From positions 1 to 57,801 of the forward strand of contig JAPLVZ010000002.1 in assembly GCA_026396805.1 (NCBI GenBank): a DNA stretch of 57,801 nucleotides, written 5' to 3'. Positions 43,787 through 52,715 of this stretch are shown one piece after another; position 1 is the first letter of the stretch, and each line of letters begins with the position of its first letter. A model generated the notes under the pieces. That model saw nothing but the letters and a program-made list of their open reading frames with translations, was not told the origin of the DNA and did no database searches. A program made the position numbers and the translations under genes. This DNA is from Candidatus Falkowbacteria bacterium. Its GTDB lineage: Bacteria; Patescibacteriota; Patescibacteriia; Patescibacteriales; UBA12465.

Positions 43787-45829
43787 ATGCCAAATAGAGC
43801 TATTATCGCTATTTTGGTTTTCTTCACTATTATTATTGTTGTTTCCCGAGCCGAGGCTTTTGACGCCAATTCTTCACACTTCAAATTAAACGCGGCGGCC
43901 ATTGACAGTATCGCGGGTAGCGGCGCTTCGGCGAGTTTTAAGAATACCGGCGCCGGCGGGCAACTCGCCAGCGGTTTGTCTACTAATATCCAAAAAATTT
44001 ATTCCGGCATTCTTTATTGGTTATATAGTTCTAATCACGCCCCGCTGTTTACTATCGGTGACGAACCGCGCGAAGACCCAATTTCTAACAGTGACACGCC
44101 GACGGAAGTAGACGCTAATGTGACGTTTAAGGCTAGGGCCACTGATGCCGAAGGCGACGGTTGGTATTTGGCTATTTGCAAAGGAGAGGGAATTATTCCT
44201 GGGACCAGCGGTACCGTGCCGAGTTGTACTAATGGGACTTGGGCTAAATCCAGCTCTTTTTTTGTTTCTGGCTCGGAAATAACTCTTAACTATAAAGTCA
44301 CAGCTAGCGAGGTAAATGACAATTACGTTTGGTATGCTTACGCCTGTGATAATAACATTAAAGAACCCTTATGTTCCCCGGTTTCTAACAGCGGTACCGG
44401 CGGCGGCAATGGTTCGCCTTTTAATGTTCATGTCGCCGCTCCTCCGGTCGTCATCACGAACCCTACTCAGTCCGTGACAGTGGTGGCTGGTAGTGATGTA
44501 ATTAACCCCACTATTAATATTGACTCCCTAACCACTGATAACGGGACGGCGACCAGCGCGACATTACCAGCCATTACTTTGAATGTCACGACCAGCCTGT
44601 CCACAACTGCAGTTAATGTGGCGATTCCTAGCAACACAGAAATTATGGCGCCAACGGGATGGAATGGAATCATTAATGCTCCTCAAGTAAAACCTAATTC
44701 TAGTGTTACTGTCACACCGGATAGTGGAAAAACTGTCACAATATCTTCTGTCATTGAAATCGGATCCGATGATATAAAATTAACTTTTGATAAGGCGGTG
44801 CGTATTCTTATGCCCGGACAGTCAGGGAAATATGGCGGTTATTATCGAAGCGGCGTTTTTACCAAGATAACCAATACTTGTTCTAGCGACACGCAAACAG
44901 CCGGGAATGCTTTAGGACCAGAAGGTGATTGTAAAATAGACGTCGGCTCAGACATGATTATCTGGACAAAGCATTTTACTAGTTTTGTTACTTATACGCA
45001 GACAACTAATACGGACGGCGGAAGCAGTGGGAGCGGAAGCAGTGGGAGCGGAAGCAGTGGGGGCGGCGGCGCGGCCTCTTTACCGTCTACTGTAACTTTG
45101 TCCGGCCGCGCTTATCCCTTGAGCCAGGTTACTATTTTAAAAGACGGACAGATTGCCGCCACGACTATCGCCGGTCCTGACGCCAGTTTTAAAGTTTCTT
45201 TGGCTATCGCGAGCAGCGGCAATTATATTATCGCTGTTTATGGCGAAGATTCTCAGGGCATCAGATCAAATCTATTTACTTTCCCTATGTCTTTAGCAAC
45301 CGGTTCGTCTTCAACGGTCAATGATATTTTCATCGCCCCGACTATCACGATTGATAAGACAGAAGTCAAGCGCGGCGACACTCTGGTTATTTTTGGACAA
45401 TCATCGCCTAACGCGGAAATGACCATTGAAGTGAATTCCGAAAATAGCCTTTTCTTTAAAACTATCGCGGATAGTAAAGGCGCCTATTTAAGTAATTTTG
45501 ACACCTCGCCATTAGAGGTCGGCCAGCATTTAACGCGGTCGAAAGCCGCCGCGGCCGGCAAGATAAGTCCGGCGAGTAAAACTCTTAGCTTCGCAGTTAA
45601 CGACACTGGTTCTGTCTTAGCTCCGACTACGCCGACCACGGCTAAAATTCTCAAAGGCGATTTAAATAAAGACGGCCGAGTGAATCTGATTGATTTTTCT
45701 ATCGCTGCTTATTGGTATAAGCGTACTTTAAGCACTGCCTCTAGCGCTCTAGAAAAAGAACGTTTGAACGGTGATGGGAAAATCGACTTGATTGATTTCA
45801 GCATCATGGCTTATTATTGGACCGGCTAA
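43787..45829 (+). CDS. Secreted multidomain surface protein with C-terminal dockerin-like EF-hand repeats (start likely 43787)
   Basis: Signal peptide (AEA), Cys-containing beta domain, WTKHFTSF domain, (GSSGS)n linker, Ig-like domains (LSGRAYP, FGQSSPNA), GDLNKDGRVNLIDFSI and NGDGKIDLIDFSI. Confidence 0.82.
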   Translation: MPNRAIIAILVFFTIIIVVSRAEAFDANSSHFKLNAAAIDSIAGSGASASFKNTGAGGQLASGLSTNIQKIYSGILYWLYSSNHAPLFTIGDEPREDPISNSDTPTEVDANVTFKARATDAEGDGWYLAICKGEGIIPGTSGTVPSCTNGTWAKSSSFFVSGSEITLNYKVTASEVNDNYVWYAYACDNNIKEPLCSPVSNSGTGGGNGSPFNVHVAAPPVVITNPTQSVTVVAGSDVINPTINIDSLTTDNGTATSATLPAITLNVTTSLSTTAVNVAIPSNTEIMAPTGWNGIINAPQVKPNSSVTVTPDSGKTVTISSVIEIGSDDIKLTFDKAVRILMPGQSGKYGGYYRSGVFTKITNTCSSDTQTAGNALGPEGDCKIDVGSDMIIWTKHFTSFVTYTQTTNTDGGSSGSGSSGSGSSGGGGAASLPSTVTLSGRAYPLSQVTILKDGQIAATTIAGPDASFKVSLAIASSGNYIIAVYGEDSQGIRSNLFTFPMSLATGSSSTVNDIFIAPTITIDKTEVKRGDTLVIFGQSSPNAEMTIEVNSENSLFFKTIADSKGAYLSNFDTSPLEVGQHLTRSKAAAAGKISPASKTLSFAVNDTGSVLAPTTPTTAKILKGDLNKDGRVNLIDFSIAAYWYKRTLSTASSALEKERLNGDGKIDLIDFSIMAYYWTG

Positions 45830-45855
45830 ATTTTATTTAGTACGACCTCGTTAAT

Positions 45856-46740
45856 ATGGTTCCGAAAAAATCTTTGTCCAAAATTATTAATTACTTCGCC
45901 GTCGCTTTAGTGATTGTCGGGTTTTTTAGTGTTGTTAAATCGGTTAAAGCCGTTGCGTTGCGGGTCGACTCCACCACGCGGGCAGTGCCCGTTAGCGGAC
46001 AATTAGCCGCCAATATTTTTTTGGACAATGTTGACACGGCTGTTAACGCCATCGCGGGCGAAATTACTTTTCCGGACGGACTTTTGGAATTACAGACAGT
46101 TAGTGACGGTGATTCTATTATTAACTTTTGGATAGAGCGCCCCCAGGTCGTTAACGGGAAAGTTATTTTTTCCGGAATCATCCCGGGCGGGTATTCCGGG
46201 CCGAGCGGTTCACTTTTTTCGCTTATTTTTAAAGCGAAAACTATCGGGTCGGGTGCGGTGTCTATTAGTCGGGCGCAAGTCTTACTGAATGATGGCAAGG
46301 GTGGGGAAGCAACGACTACGCTGGTGAATTTAGAGTTTCAAAACCTGCCTCAAACCGCCACTACCTCGGCGGTAATTGCCAAGATTGACGATCAGGAGAA
46401 ACCGGAAAATTTTATGCCGATTGTCGCCACCGATTCAGAAATTTTTTTCGGAAAAAAGTTTCTCGTATTCGCTACCCAGGATAAAGGGTCGGGGATTGAT
46501 CATTATGAGGTGCAGGAAGGCGATCGTGCCTGGCAACTGGCAATTAGCCCCTATCTTTTACAGGATCAAAATTTAGATAAAATTATCAGAGTCAAGGCTA
46601 TTGATAAAAATGGTAATACTCTCATCGTCAGCTTGCCGGCGCCCCCCCATGTTTGGTATAATAGTTATTGGTTAATAATAATCTCAATTTTATTATTAGG
46701 ACTCGTATATTTTATCAGCCGACGAGTATGGCGGAAATAG
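45856..46740 (+). CDS. Cohesin-domain protein with C-terminal TM anchor
   Basis: Signal peptide, VNAIAGEITFP, SIINFWIERP, FSGIIPGG, LLNDGKG, D..SGIDHYEV, TM + basic tail. Confidence 0.8.
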   Translation: MVPKKSLSKIINYFAVALVIVGFFSVVKSVKAVALRVDSTTRAVPVSGQLAANIFLDNVDTAVNAIAGEITFPDGLLELQTVSDGDSIINFWIERPQVVNGKVIFSGIIPGGYSGPSGSLFSLIFKAKTIGSGAVSISRAQVLLNDGKGGEATTTLVNLEFQNLPQTATTSAVIAKIDDQEKPENFMPIVATDSEIFFGKKFLVFATQDKGSGIDHYEVQEGDRAWQLAISPYLLQDQNLDKIIRVKAIDKNGNTLIVSLPAPPHVWYNSYWLIIISILLLGLVYFISRRVWRK

Positions 46741-48548
46741 TCGTAAAACCGACGTCGAAATATCAGTTAAACAGACGCCTAGTTTTAAGTGTCGGGTTGG
46801 CATTTATATTTAGCGTCTTTTTGGCGTTGCCGGCGACAGCGCTGGCGGCGTCGCTGTATTTTTCTCCCTCGGCCGGCGCTTATGAAGTGGGGAAAACTTT
46901 TAGCGTCAGCGTCTATGTTTCCAGCGCCGATCAAGCGATGAACGCCGCCTCGGGTGCCATTTCTTTCCCTAAGGATAAGTTAGAGATCACGGCTCTTTCC
47001 AAGAGTGGTTCGATTTTTTCTCTTTGGGTGCAAGAGCCGGTGTTTTCCAATAGTACCGGCGTCATTAATTTTGAAGGCATTGTTTTGAATCCTGGTTTTA
47101 GCGGTTCCGGCGGAAAAATCATGACAATTAATTTTAAAGTGAAAGCAGCCGGTCAGGCGGGCTTAAATTTTTCTTCCGGTTCAATTTTGGCCAATGACGG
47201 AGCGGGTACCAATATTTTGAAAAGCCTGGGCTCGGCAAGTTATAAGTTATCGGCCGCCGCCAGTCCGGGAACGCCGGTGGGGCAAGTGACCGAAGCAAAA
47301 CCAGCCGTAGCCGGGGAAGTTCCGGCGCCAGCGGCTCCGCCGGCAATTGCGGGCGTTCCGGCGGCTCCACAAATATTATCCTCCACCCATCCCGACCCCA
47401 ACGCTTGGTATAATAACAATAACCCTAAATTTACCTGGAAAGTACCGGCAGGTATAACAACGGTTCGGGTTCTCTATGATAAATATCCGGTTTCCAATCC
47501 CACTGTTGTCTATCAGCCACCCATTAGCGGCAAGGACTTAGTTGGATTGTCAGACGGCACCTATTATTTCCACGCCCAATTCCGTAACGCCAAAGGCTGG
47601 GGGGCGGTCAGTCATTTCCGTTTTCAGATCGATACCGTCCCGCCCGTCGCCTTTACCGTTAAATTTCCGTCTCAACAGAATACTAATGATCCGCGTCCGG
47701 TCGTTTTATTCGATACTACCGACGAATTATCCGGCATTGATTATTATGAAATTAAGGCGGGCGACGGGCAAGCTTTTAAAGTGACGCCGGGCGAGATAGT
47801 GGGGTCCAATCCTTATGTCCTGCCGGTTCAGAAACCGGGACAGCATTCCATAATCGTCAAAGCGGTAGACAAGGCGGGAAATTCCGCCACCGCCTCGGAA
47901 ATATTTAGCGTGACCGCTTTAGATGCTCCGGTTTTGGACTATTATCCCAACGATTTGACTGAAGGCGATGTCTTAAAGGTTCCCGGCAAGACTTACCCCG
48001 AATCCAACGTTACGATTTTTGTCAGAGATGAATTAGGTTTGGTTTCCAGCGATACGATTATCAGCAACTCCCAAGGCAACTTTACCATGATCTGGTCTAA
48101 GCGGTTATTGGTCGGTACCTATAGTCTCTGGGCGCAAGTAACGAATGTAGACGGCGCCAAGAGTGCTATTACCACACCCAGCACTTTTGTCGTCAGACAG
48201 CCGGTGTTGGATAAAATAGCTAACCTAGTTTTAAACTATCTCTCCGTCTTTATGCTGTTAGTTTTCTTTATTCTCGGTTTGATTTTCTTCGCTTGGTATG
48301 GCTGGCATAAGTTCTTATTGCTGAAAAAGAAGATTAAGAAGGAAGCCAAAGGAGTAGAAAAGGATTTCTTGGATATTTTTGATCATTTACAGCAAGATAT
48401 TGAACAGCAGATACGGCTGATTGAGAAAGCGAAAAACCGCCGGGAGTTAACCACGGAAGAAAAGCGTATCATTACTATCTTAAGACGCGACTTGGCCGTC
48501 GCTAAAAAAGTTTTAAGCGAAGAGATGAAAAATATCGCCACGAAATAA
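46728..48548 (+). CDS. Cohesin-domain protein with Ig-like domains, TM and cytoplasmic coiled coil (start likely 46728)
   Basis: ASLYFSP, MNAASGAISFP, SIFSLWVQEP, LANDGAGT, SSTHPD..WY, DELSGIDYYEI, TM, K/E-rich helix. Confidence 0.8.
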   Translation: MAEIVVKPTSKYQLNRRLVLSVGLAFIFSVFLALPATALAASLYFSPSAGAYEVGKTFSVSVYVSSADQAMNAASGAISFPKDKLEITALSKSGSIFSLWVQEPVFSNSTGVINFEGIVLNPGFSGSGGKIMTINFKVKAAGQAGLNFSSGSILANDGAGTNILKSLGSASYKLSAAASPGTPVGQVTEAKPAVAGEVPAPAAPPAIAGVPAAPQILSSTHPDPNAWYNNNNPKFTWKVPAGITTVRVLYDKYPVSNPTVVYQPPISGKDLVGLSDGTYYFHAQFRNAKGWGAVSHFRFQIDTVPPVAFTVKFPSQQNTNDPRPVVLFDTTDELSGIDYYEIKAGDGQAFKVTPGEIVGSNPYVLPVQKPGQHSIIVKAVDKAGNSATASEIFSVTALDAPVLDYYPNDLTEGDVLKVPGKTYPESNVTIFVRDELGLVSSDTIISNSQGNFTMIWSKRLLVGTYSLWAQVTNVDGAKSAITTPSTFVVRQPVLDKIANLVLNYLSVFMLLVFFILGLIFFAWYGWHKFLLLKKKIKKEAKGVEKDFLDIFDHLQQDIEQQIRLIEKAKNRRELTTEEKRIITILRRDLAVAKKVLSEEMKNIATK

Positions 48549-48569
48549 AAGAATAATATATCTTTTTAC

Positions 48570-48599
48570 AAAAACGTCCGTTTACTCGGGCGTTTTTTT
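48570..48599 (+). terminator. Intrinsic terminator closing the accessory block
   Basis: AAAAACGTCCG-TTTACT-CGGGCGTTTTTTT. Confidence 0.8.
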
Positions 48600-48631
48600 G
48601 ATTAGGGTACTCCTAGCCAATTTGGCAGGCC

Positions 48632-48762
48632 TTTACAAAAATATAATATTATTGTAATATATTTAATAATTCACAGATCTTTAAAAAACAAGATTATCTG
48701 GGTTAATTGCTAAATTTATTTAGCGTTTAGATGAATTTGGCAATTAACCGAGTATTAATCTT
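48632..48762 (+). promoter_or_regulatory. Promoter, boxA-like sequence and long leader hairpin
   Basis: TTTACA-17-TAATAT; AGATCTTTAAAAA (48675-48687); stem 48701-48749 closed by GGTTAATTGC/GCAATTAACC. Confidence 0.6.
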
Positions 48763-48775
48763 AAAAGTTTAAACA

Positions 48776-49303
48776 ATGAAAAAACTAGTCGTATTTTTAT
48801 TACCGCTCATGCTAATTATTAGCTGTGAAAAAGAAAACACAGCCCAGGGTTTTAAGACCTTACCAATTTTGGATCTAAGGGTAAATAATAATTTATTACC
48901 ATCACTATGGTTAACCGATTATCCTGAAGAAATCGTACCCCTCTCCGGCACTAATCCCGTTCGATATGATACCTTGGGTCGTACGAAAGTGTTTTTTAAC
49001 AAAGATTTAATCTTTGATTATCAATGGGAATTTGGGTATCAGTCGCCAATTCATCGAAAATCCAAAGTCTTATTTTCAGCTACTGAAAAAACTGAAGTGG
49101 TATTTATTAGCCGTACAGACGTATTTTTTACCATGATGGCTATAATAAGCAACGGGTCACTGATAAAAAAAATCGATTTTTCAACAGTCAATATTAAAAA
49201 AGTTGAGATCGATGAAATAAATAAACAATTAAGGGTTACCAGCAATAAAGGCTGGACCAGAACTGGCGAATTGCCGGATGATATAACAGTTATTAACTAT
49301 TAA
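48776..49303 (+). CDS. Hypothetical lipoprotein
   Basis: MKK-hydrophobic-IISC lipobox-like signal; AT-rich; own promoter and terminator. Confidence 0.7.
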   Translation: MKKLVVFLLPLMLIISCEKENTAQGFKTLPILDLRVNNNLLPSLWLTDYPEEIVPLSGTNPVRYDTLGRTKVFFNKDLIFDYQWEFGYQSPIHRKSKVLFSATEKTEVVFISRTDVFFTMMAIISNGSLIKKIDFSTVNIKKVEIDEINKQLRVTSNKGWTRTGELPDDITVINY

Positions 49304-49321
49304 TAACCGGGTAAGATTAAC

Positions 49322-49348
49322 AGGGGACTTAACATAGCCCCCTTTTTT
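49322..49348 (+). terminator. Intrinsic terminator-like hairpin
   Basis: AGGGG.CT...AG.CCCCT imperfect stem plus T-run. Confidence 0.6.
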
Positions 49349-49392
49349 ATTTAAACGTTTATTTCTTAATTATTTCTGTTATAATATAAGAT

Positions 49393-50520
49393 ATGGAAAA
49401 TCTCTTGAAAAAAATGGAAGAACTGCGCGAACGCTTTTTAAAGACGAAAGCGCTTTTAGATATTGACCGCAAAGCGGTTCAAGAAAGGGAATTGCGTCTG
49501 CGGATGTCGGAACCGGATTTTTGGGACGACCGCGAGAGCGCCGTTAAGATCGGTCGGGAAGTAGAAGAACTGGCTCTCCAAACTAAAGAATGGCGGGCGC
49601 TTGAAAAAGAAATCAGGGAAGCGGAAGAAATAATGGCTTTGGCTGAAAAAGAAACGCTAAAGGACCCGACTAAATCCGAAAAAGAAGGTGAAACCGGCCT
49701 GTCCGCGGATATGGAGAAAAAATATTTGGAACTGGAAAATAAATTCAGTCAGCTGGAGTTCATTTCGCTTTTTTCCGAAAAATATGACCATGACAACGCC
49801 CTACTAGCTATTCATGCCGGTACCGGCGGTGTAGACGCGCAGGATTGGGCGCAAATGTTGGAACGATTATATTTGCGCTTCAGCGAGCGCCAGGGCTGGA
49901 AAGCGGAAATCATGGACAGAAATTACGGCGGTGAAGCGGGAATTAAAAACGTCGTGATGCGCGTATCCGGCTCTTGGGTTTACGGGTATTTAAAAAGCGA
50001 GAACGGCTCGCATCGCTTACTGCGCAATTCGCCATATAACGCCGACGGCCTGCGCCAGACTTCTTATGCGCTCGTGGAAGTTATTCCGGAAATCAAAGAT
50101 GACGGATTGATAGTGATTAAGGAAGAAGATGTGCGCGTTGACGTCTTCCGTTCCAGCGGCCCCGGCGGTCAAAGCGTCAACACGACTGATTCGGCCGTAC
50201 GCCTGATCCATATCCCGACCGGAATTACCGTCGCCTGCCAGAGCGAGCGCTCCCAGCATCAGAACAAGGAAAATGCTTTTAAGATTCTGAAGGCCAAACT
50301 ATATCAGCGCGTTTTAGAGGAAAGGGAAGCGGAAGAACGGAAACTTAAAGGCGAAGTCCAAAAAGCGGCCTGGAGTTCACAGATTCGGTCTTATTGTTTA
50401 TATGGCAAGCGCTATGTCAAGGATCATCGGACCGGTTATGAAACCTCCAATATTGACGCTGTGCTGGACGGAGCTTTAGAACCGTTTATGGAAGCGTATT
50501 TAAGGTGGCTGAAGAAATAA
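49393..50520 (+). CDS. prfB: Peptide chain release factor 2, no programmed frameshift
   Basis: FWDD, IHAGTGGVDAQDWA.ML.R.Y, SPY in place of SPF, SSGPGGQSVNTTDSAVR, W.SQIRSY, VKDHRT. Confidence 0.95.
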   Translation: MENLLKKMEELRERFLKTKALLDIDRKAVQERELRLRMSEPDFWDDRESAVKIGREVEELALQTKEWRALEKEIREAEEIMALAEKETLKDPTKSEKEGETGLSADMEKKYLELENKFSQLEFISLFSEKYDHDNALLAIHAGTGGVDAQDWAQMLERLYLRFSERQGWKAEIMDRNYGGEAGIKNVVMRVSGSWVYGYLKSENGSHRLLRNSPYNADGLRQTSYALVEVIPEIKDDGLIVIKEEDVRVDVFRSSGPGGQSVNTTDSAVRLIHIPTGITVACQSERSQHQNKENAFKILKAKLYQRVLEEREAEERKLKGEVQKAAWSSQIRSYCLYGKRYVKDHRTGYETSNIDAVLDGALEPFMEAYLRWLKK

Positions 50521-50526
50521 TTCGGC

Positions 50527-50590
50527 CTTTATCTTTTCTTCATCTCCAATGTTATAGAATACCGTTATAAGTCATAACGGTATTTTTTTA
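50527..50590 (+). repeat. 64-bp direct repeat, copy 1 (contains prfB terminator-like hairpin)
   Basis: 54/64 identical to 51212-51275; stem AATACCGTTAT/ATAACGGTATT plus T7. Confidence 0.9.
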
Positions 50591-50683
50591 GTACACATAT
50601 TGGCTGATTTTCGCATATTATTCTGAAAACCGCCATGTGTGTGTGCACATTAATTATCGCCACCATCGGGCCGAATCAGGCTA

Positions 50684-50827
50684 TTGACAATATTTTATAT
50701 ATGTGCTATAGTTGCGTTATAAAAATTGAACGCCCTTTAACAAAATGGTTAATATCAAGATTTAATTACTTACTAGCTTCTTAATAATTAAGGGGTTGAT
50801 AAGTAATTAAATCAAATAATACTAACC
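50684..50827 (+). promoter_or_regulatory. Promoter, boxA-like sequence and long leader hairpin
   Basis: TTGACA-17-TATAGT with TG extension; CGCCCTTTAACAA (50731-50743); 14-bp perfect stem 50759-50772/50800-50813. Confidence 0.7.
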
Positions 50828-50860
50828 GCTTCAAAAAGAAGCACAAAAAAAAGGAAAAAC

Positions 50861-51178
50861 ATGAGAAAATTAATCTTGGTAAGTGGAAATGGCGACAGAA
50901 TTACCGGCGCCACAGTAATTACAAATGTTGAAATCATTGATTTGGAACTTCGTAAGAAGATAGTTCGCGTCATCACTAAAGTCGCAAAAATCGCGGTTCA
51001 GGCCATTCTGCTGACAGCGCTGTTTATACCAATGGTCGCCGGGATTATTGATAACACAGCTGGAACAAACTTTTTTTCTTTTTTTCAGAGAAATACTACT
51101 GAGATGGGATTCGCTTTTCGCGAATTGATCATTTTTTTAGCAGTATGTATTTTTTCTAGCCTGACTAGTCAAAGATGA
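50861..51178 (+). CDS. Small hypothetical membrane protein
   Basis: 105 aa, two hydrophobic segments, AAGGA upstream, strong promoter. Confidence 0.6.
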   Translation: MRKLILVSGNGDRITGATVITNVEIIDLELRKKIVRVITKVAKIAVQAILLTALFIPMVAGIIDNTAGTNFFSFFQRNTTEMGFAFRELIIFLAVCIFSSLTSQR

Positions 51179-51211
51179 TGATTTTATCAGAAAGCTTAGT
51201 ATAAGTTAGGA

Positions 51212-51275
51212 CTTTATCTTTTCTTCATCTCTGATGTTATAGAATGCTGTTATGAGTTACGACAGCATTTTTTTA
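51212..51275 (+). repeat. 64-bp direct repeat, copy 2 (abuts the comEC ATG)
   Basis: Stem AATGCTGT/ACAGCATT plus T7; compensatory changes relative to copy 1. Confidence 0.9.
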
Positions 51276-52711
51276 TGGAAAAATTTAAAATTGAGGCCAG
51301 CCCTAAAAAACGTCCCTTCTGGCGCTCGCCGGCGCGAGTTTTGTTAGTCGCCAATTTAATTTTTATCGTTGTCATTTTTATTTTAGGTTTTTCCCCAAAG
51401 GCTTTTCGGACGGAAATAGGCCAAGATGATTTGGCGTTTTATAACGGCCGAAAAATAATATTTTCCGGTCGCGTCTGCGAGGAAGCGGATGTGGATTATA
51501 AGAATCAAAGATTGACGCTTTGCGCCGGCGGGCAAACGCGCGGCCGCGCTCTGGTGACGGCCAATCTTTATCCGGTTTATGATTACGGCGACTTCTTGAA
51601 AATCAGCGGGGAACTGCAAACTCCGCCCGTTATAGAAGGTTTTGATTATGAAACTTATTTGGCGCGTTATGATATTTATTCGGTGATGTATTATCCGAAA
51701 ATAAAAAGGTTGAGCGGAAGCTTGACTTGGCCGCAGAGTATTTATTTGAGACTGATACGCGGGAAGCAATATTTAAAAGCGATTATGGATTCTAATTTGC
51801 CCGAACCTGAAGCCGGCCTGGCGGACGCGCTCCTCTTAGGTTATCGCCGCACCGTAGACAGGGAAGACTTGAATATTTTTTCTCGCGTCGGGTTGAGCCA
51901 TATGATTGCCATTTCCGGCTCGCATATCACGATTTTAAGCGCCATGGCTCTTAATTTCTTATTGGCGCTTGGTTTTCACCGCCGCCGCGCTTTGAAAATA
52001 ATTTTCGTCTTTTTATTTTTATATCCGCTCATTACCGGCCTATCCGCTTCGGCCGTCCGTTCCGCTCTGATGGGGGCGCTGGCATTACTGGCGATTTATT
52101 ATCAGCGGATTAGTTCGCTGATAAGGGCGCTTATCTTCGCGGCCGCGCTCATGCTCGCTTTCAATCCGCGCCTCTTGCGCGACGATATCGGTTTTCAATT
52201 GTCGTTTTTGGCGCTCTTAGGCATCATCTATATTTATCCGCTGGGAGAAAGAATAACGCGGCGATTCTTGGCCAAGAGAAAATGGCGCGCCGGAGTCAAG
52301 AAACGGCTTGAAAATATCTTGGGTACCGTTAACCTCACGCTCGTTTCCCAGATAATGATCCTGCCCATCGCTCTAATAGATTTTAAGCAGTTTTCCCTGA
52401 TTGCGCCGCTGGCTAATGTTTTAGTCCTTTGGGTCTTCGCGCCGCTACTCGCCGCTCTTATTATCGGGATTCTGGCGAGCGCTTTAATCCCGCCTTTGGG
52501 AGTATTATTTTTCGCTCCGGCTTATTTTTTATTAAAATTCATTTTTCTGATGGCCGGCGCGTTGGCTCGGCCAAGCTGGGCGGCGGTTCCGGCAAGCGGG
52601 TTTAATTGGTATCAGGGAGCTTTATATTATTTATTTTTGGCCGCTCTTGTAATTTTTGTTCGGAAAATCTTAAAATCTCGTTCTAGTAATCGGTTTGGTA
52701 AAAGACTTTAG
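51275..52711 (+). CDS. comEC: ComEC/Rec2 competence channel protein without a C-terminal MBL domain
   Basis: OB domain (FDYETYL), GLSHMIAISGSHI, SASAVRS..M, DIGFQLSF, P.AN.LV. Confidence 0.92.
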   Translation: MEKFKIEASPKKRPFWRSPARVLLVANLIFIVVIFILGFSPKAFRTEIGQDDLAFYNGRKIIFSGRVCEEADVDYKNQRLTLCAGGQTRGRALVTANLYPVYDYGDFLKISGELQTPPVIEGFDYETYLARYDIYSVMYYPKIKRLSGSLTWPQSIYLRLIRGKQYLKAIMDSNLPEPEAGLADALLLGYRRTVDREDLNIFSRVGLSHMIAISGSHITILSAMALNFLLALGFHRRRALKIIFVFLFLYPLITGLSASAVRSALMGALALLAIYYQRISSLIRALIFAAALMLAFNPRLLRDDIGFQLSFLALLGIIYIYPLGERITRRFLAKRKWRAGVKKRLENILGTVNLTLVSQIMILPIALIDFKQFSLIAPLANVLVLWVFAPLLAALIIGILASALIPPLGVLFFAPAYFLLKFIFLMAGALARPSWAAVPASGFNWYQGALYYLFLAALVIFVRKILKSRSSNRFGKRL

Positions 52712-52715
52712 GGGC

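Noticed and set aside
32771-48618. Weak inverted similarity (GGCAGGTACCC vs GGGTACTCCTAGCC) at the ends of the accessory block as mobile-element termini
   Set aside because: Short, gapped match with no integrase, transposase, tRNA target or target-site duplication in the window.
50861-51199. TGA TGA at the end of the orphan as evidence of UGA recoding (code 25 or 4)
   Set aside because: RF2 is present, conserved genes have no internal TGA, and Trp uses TGG.
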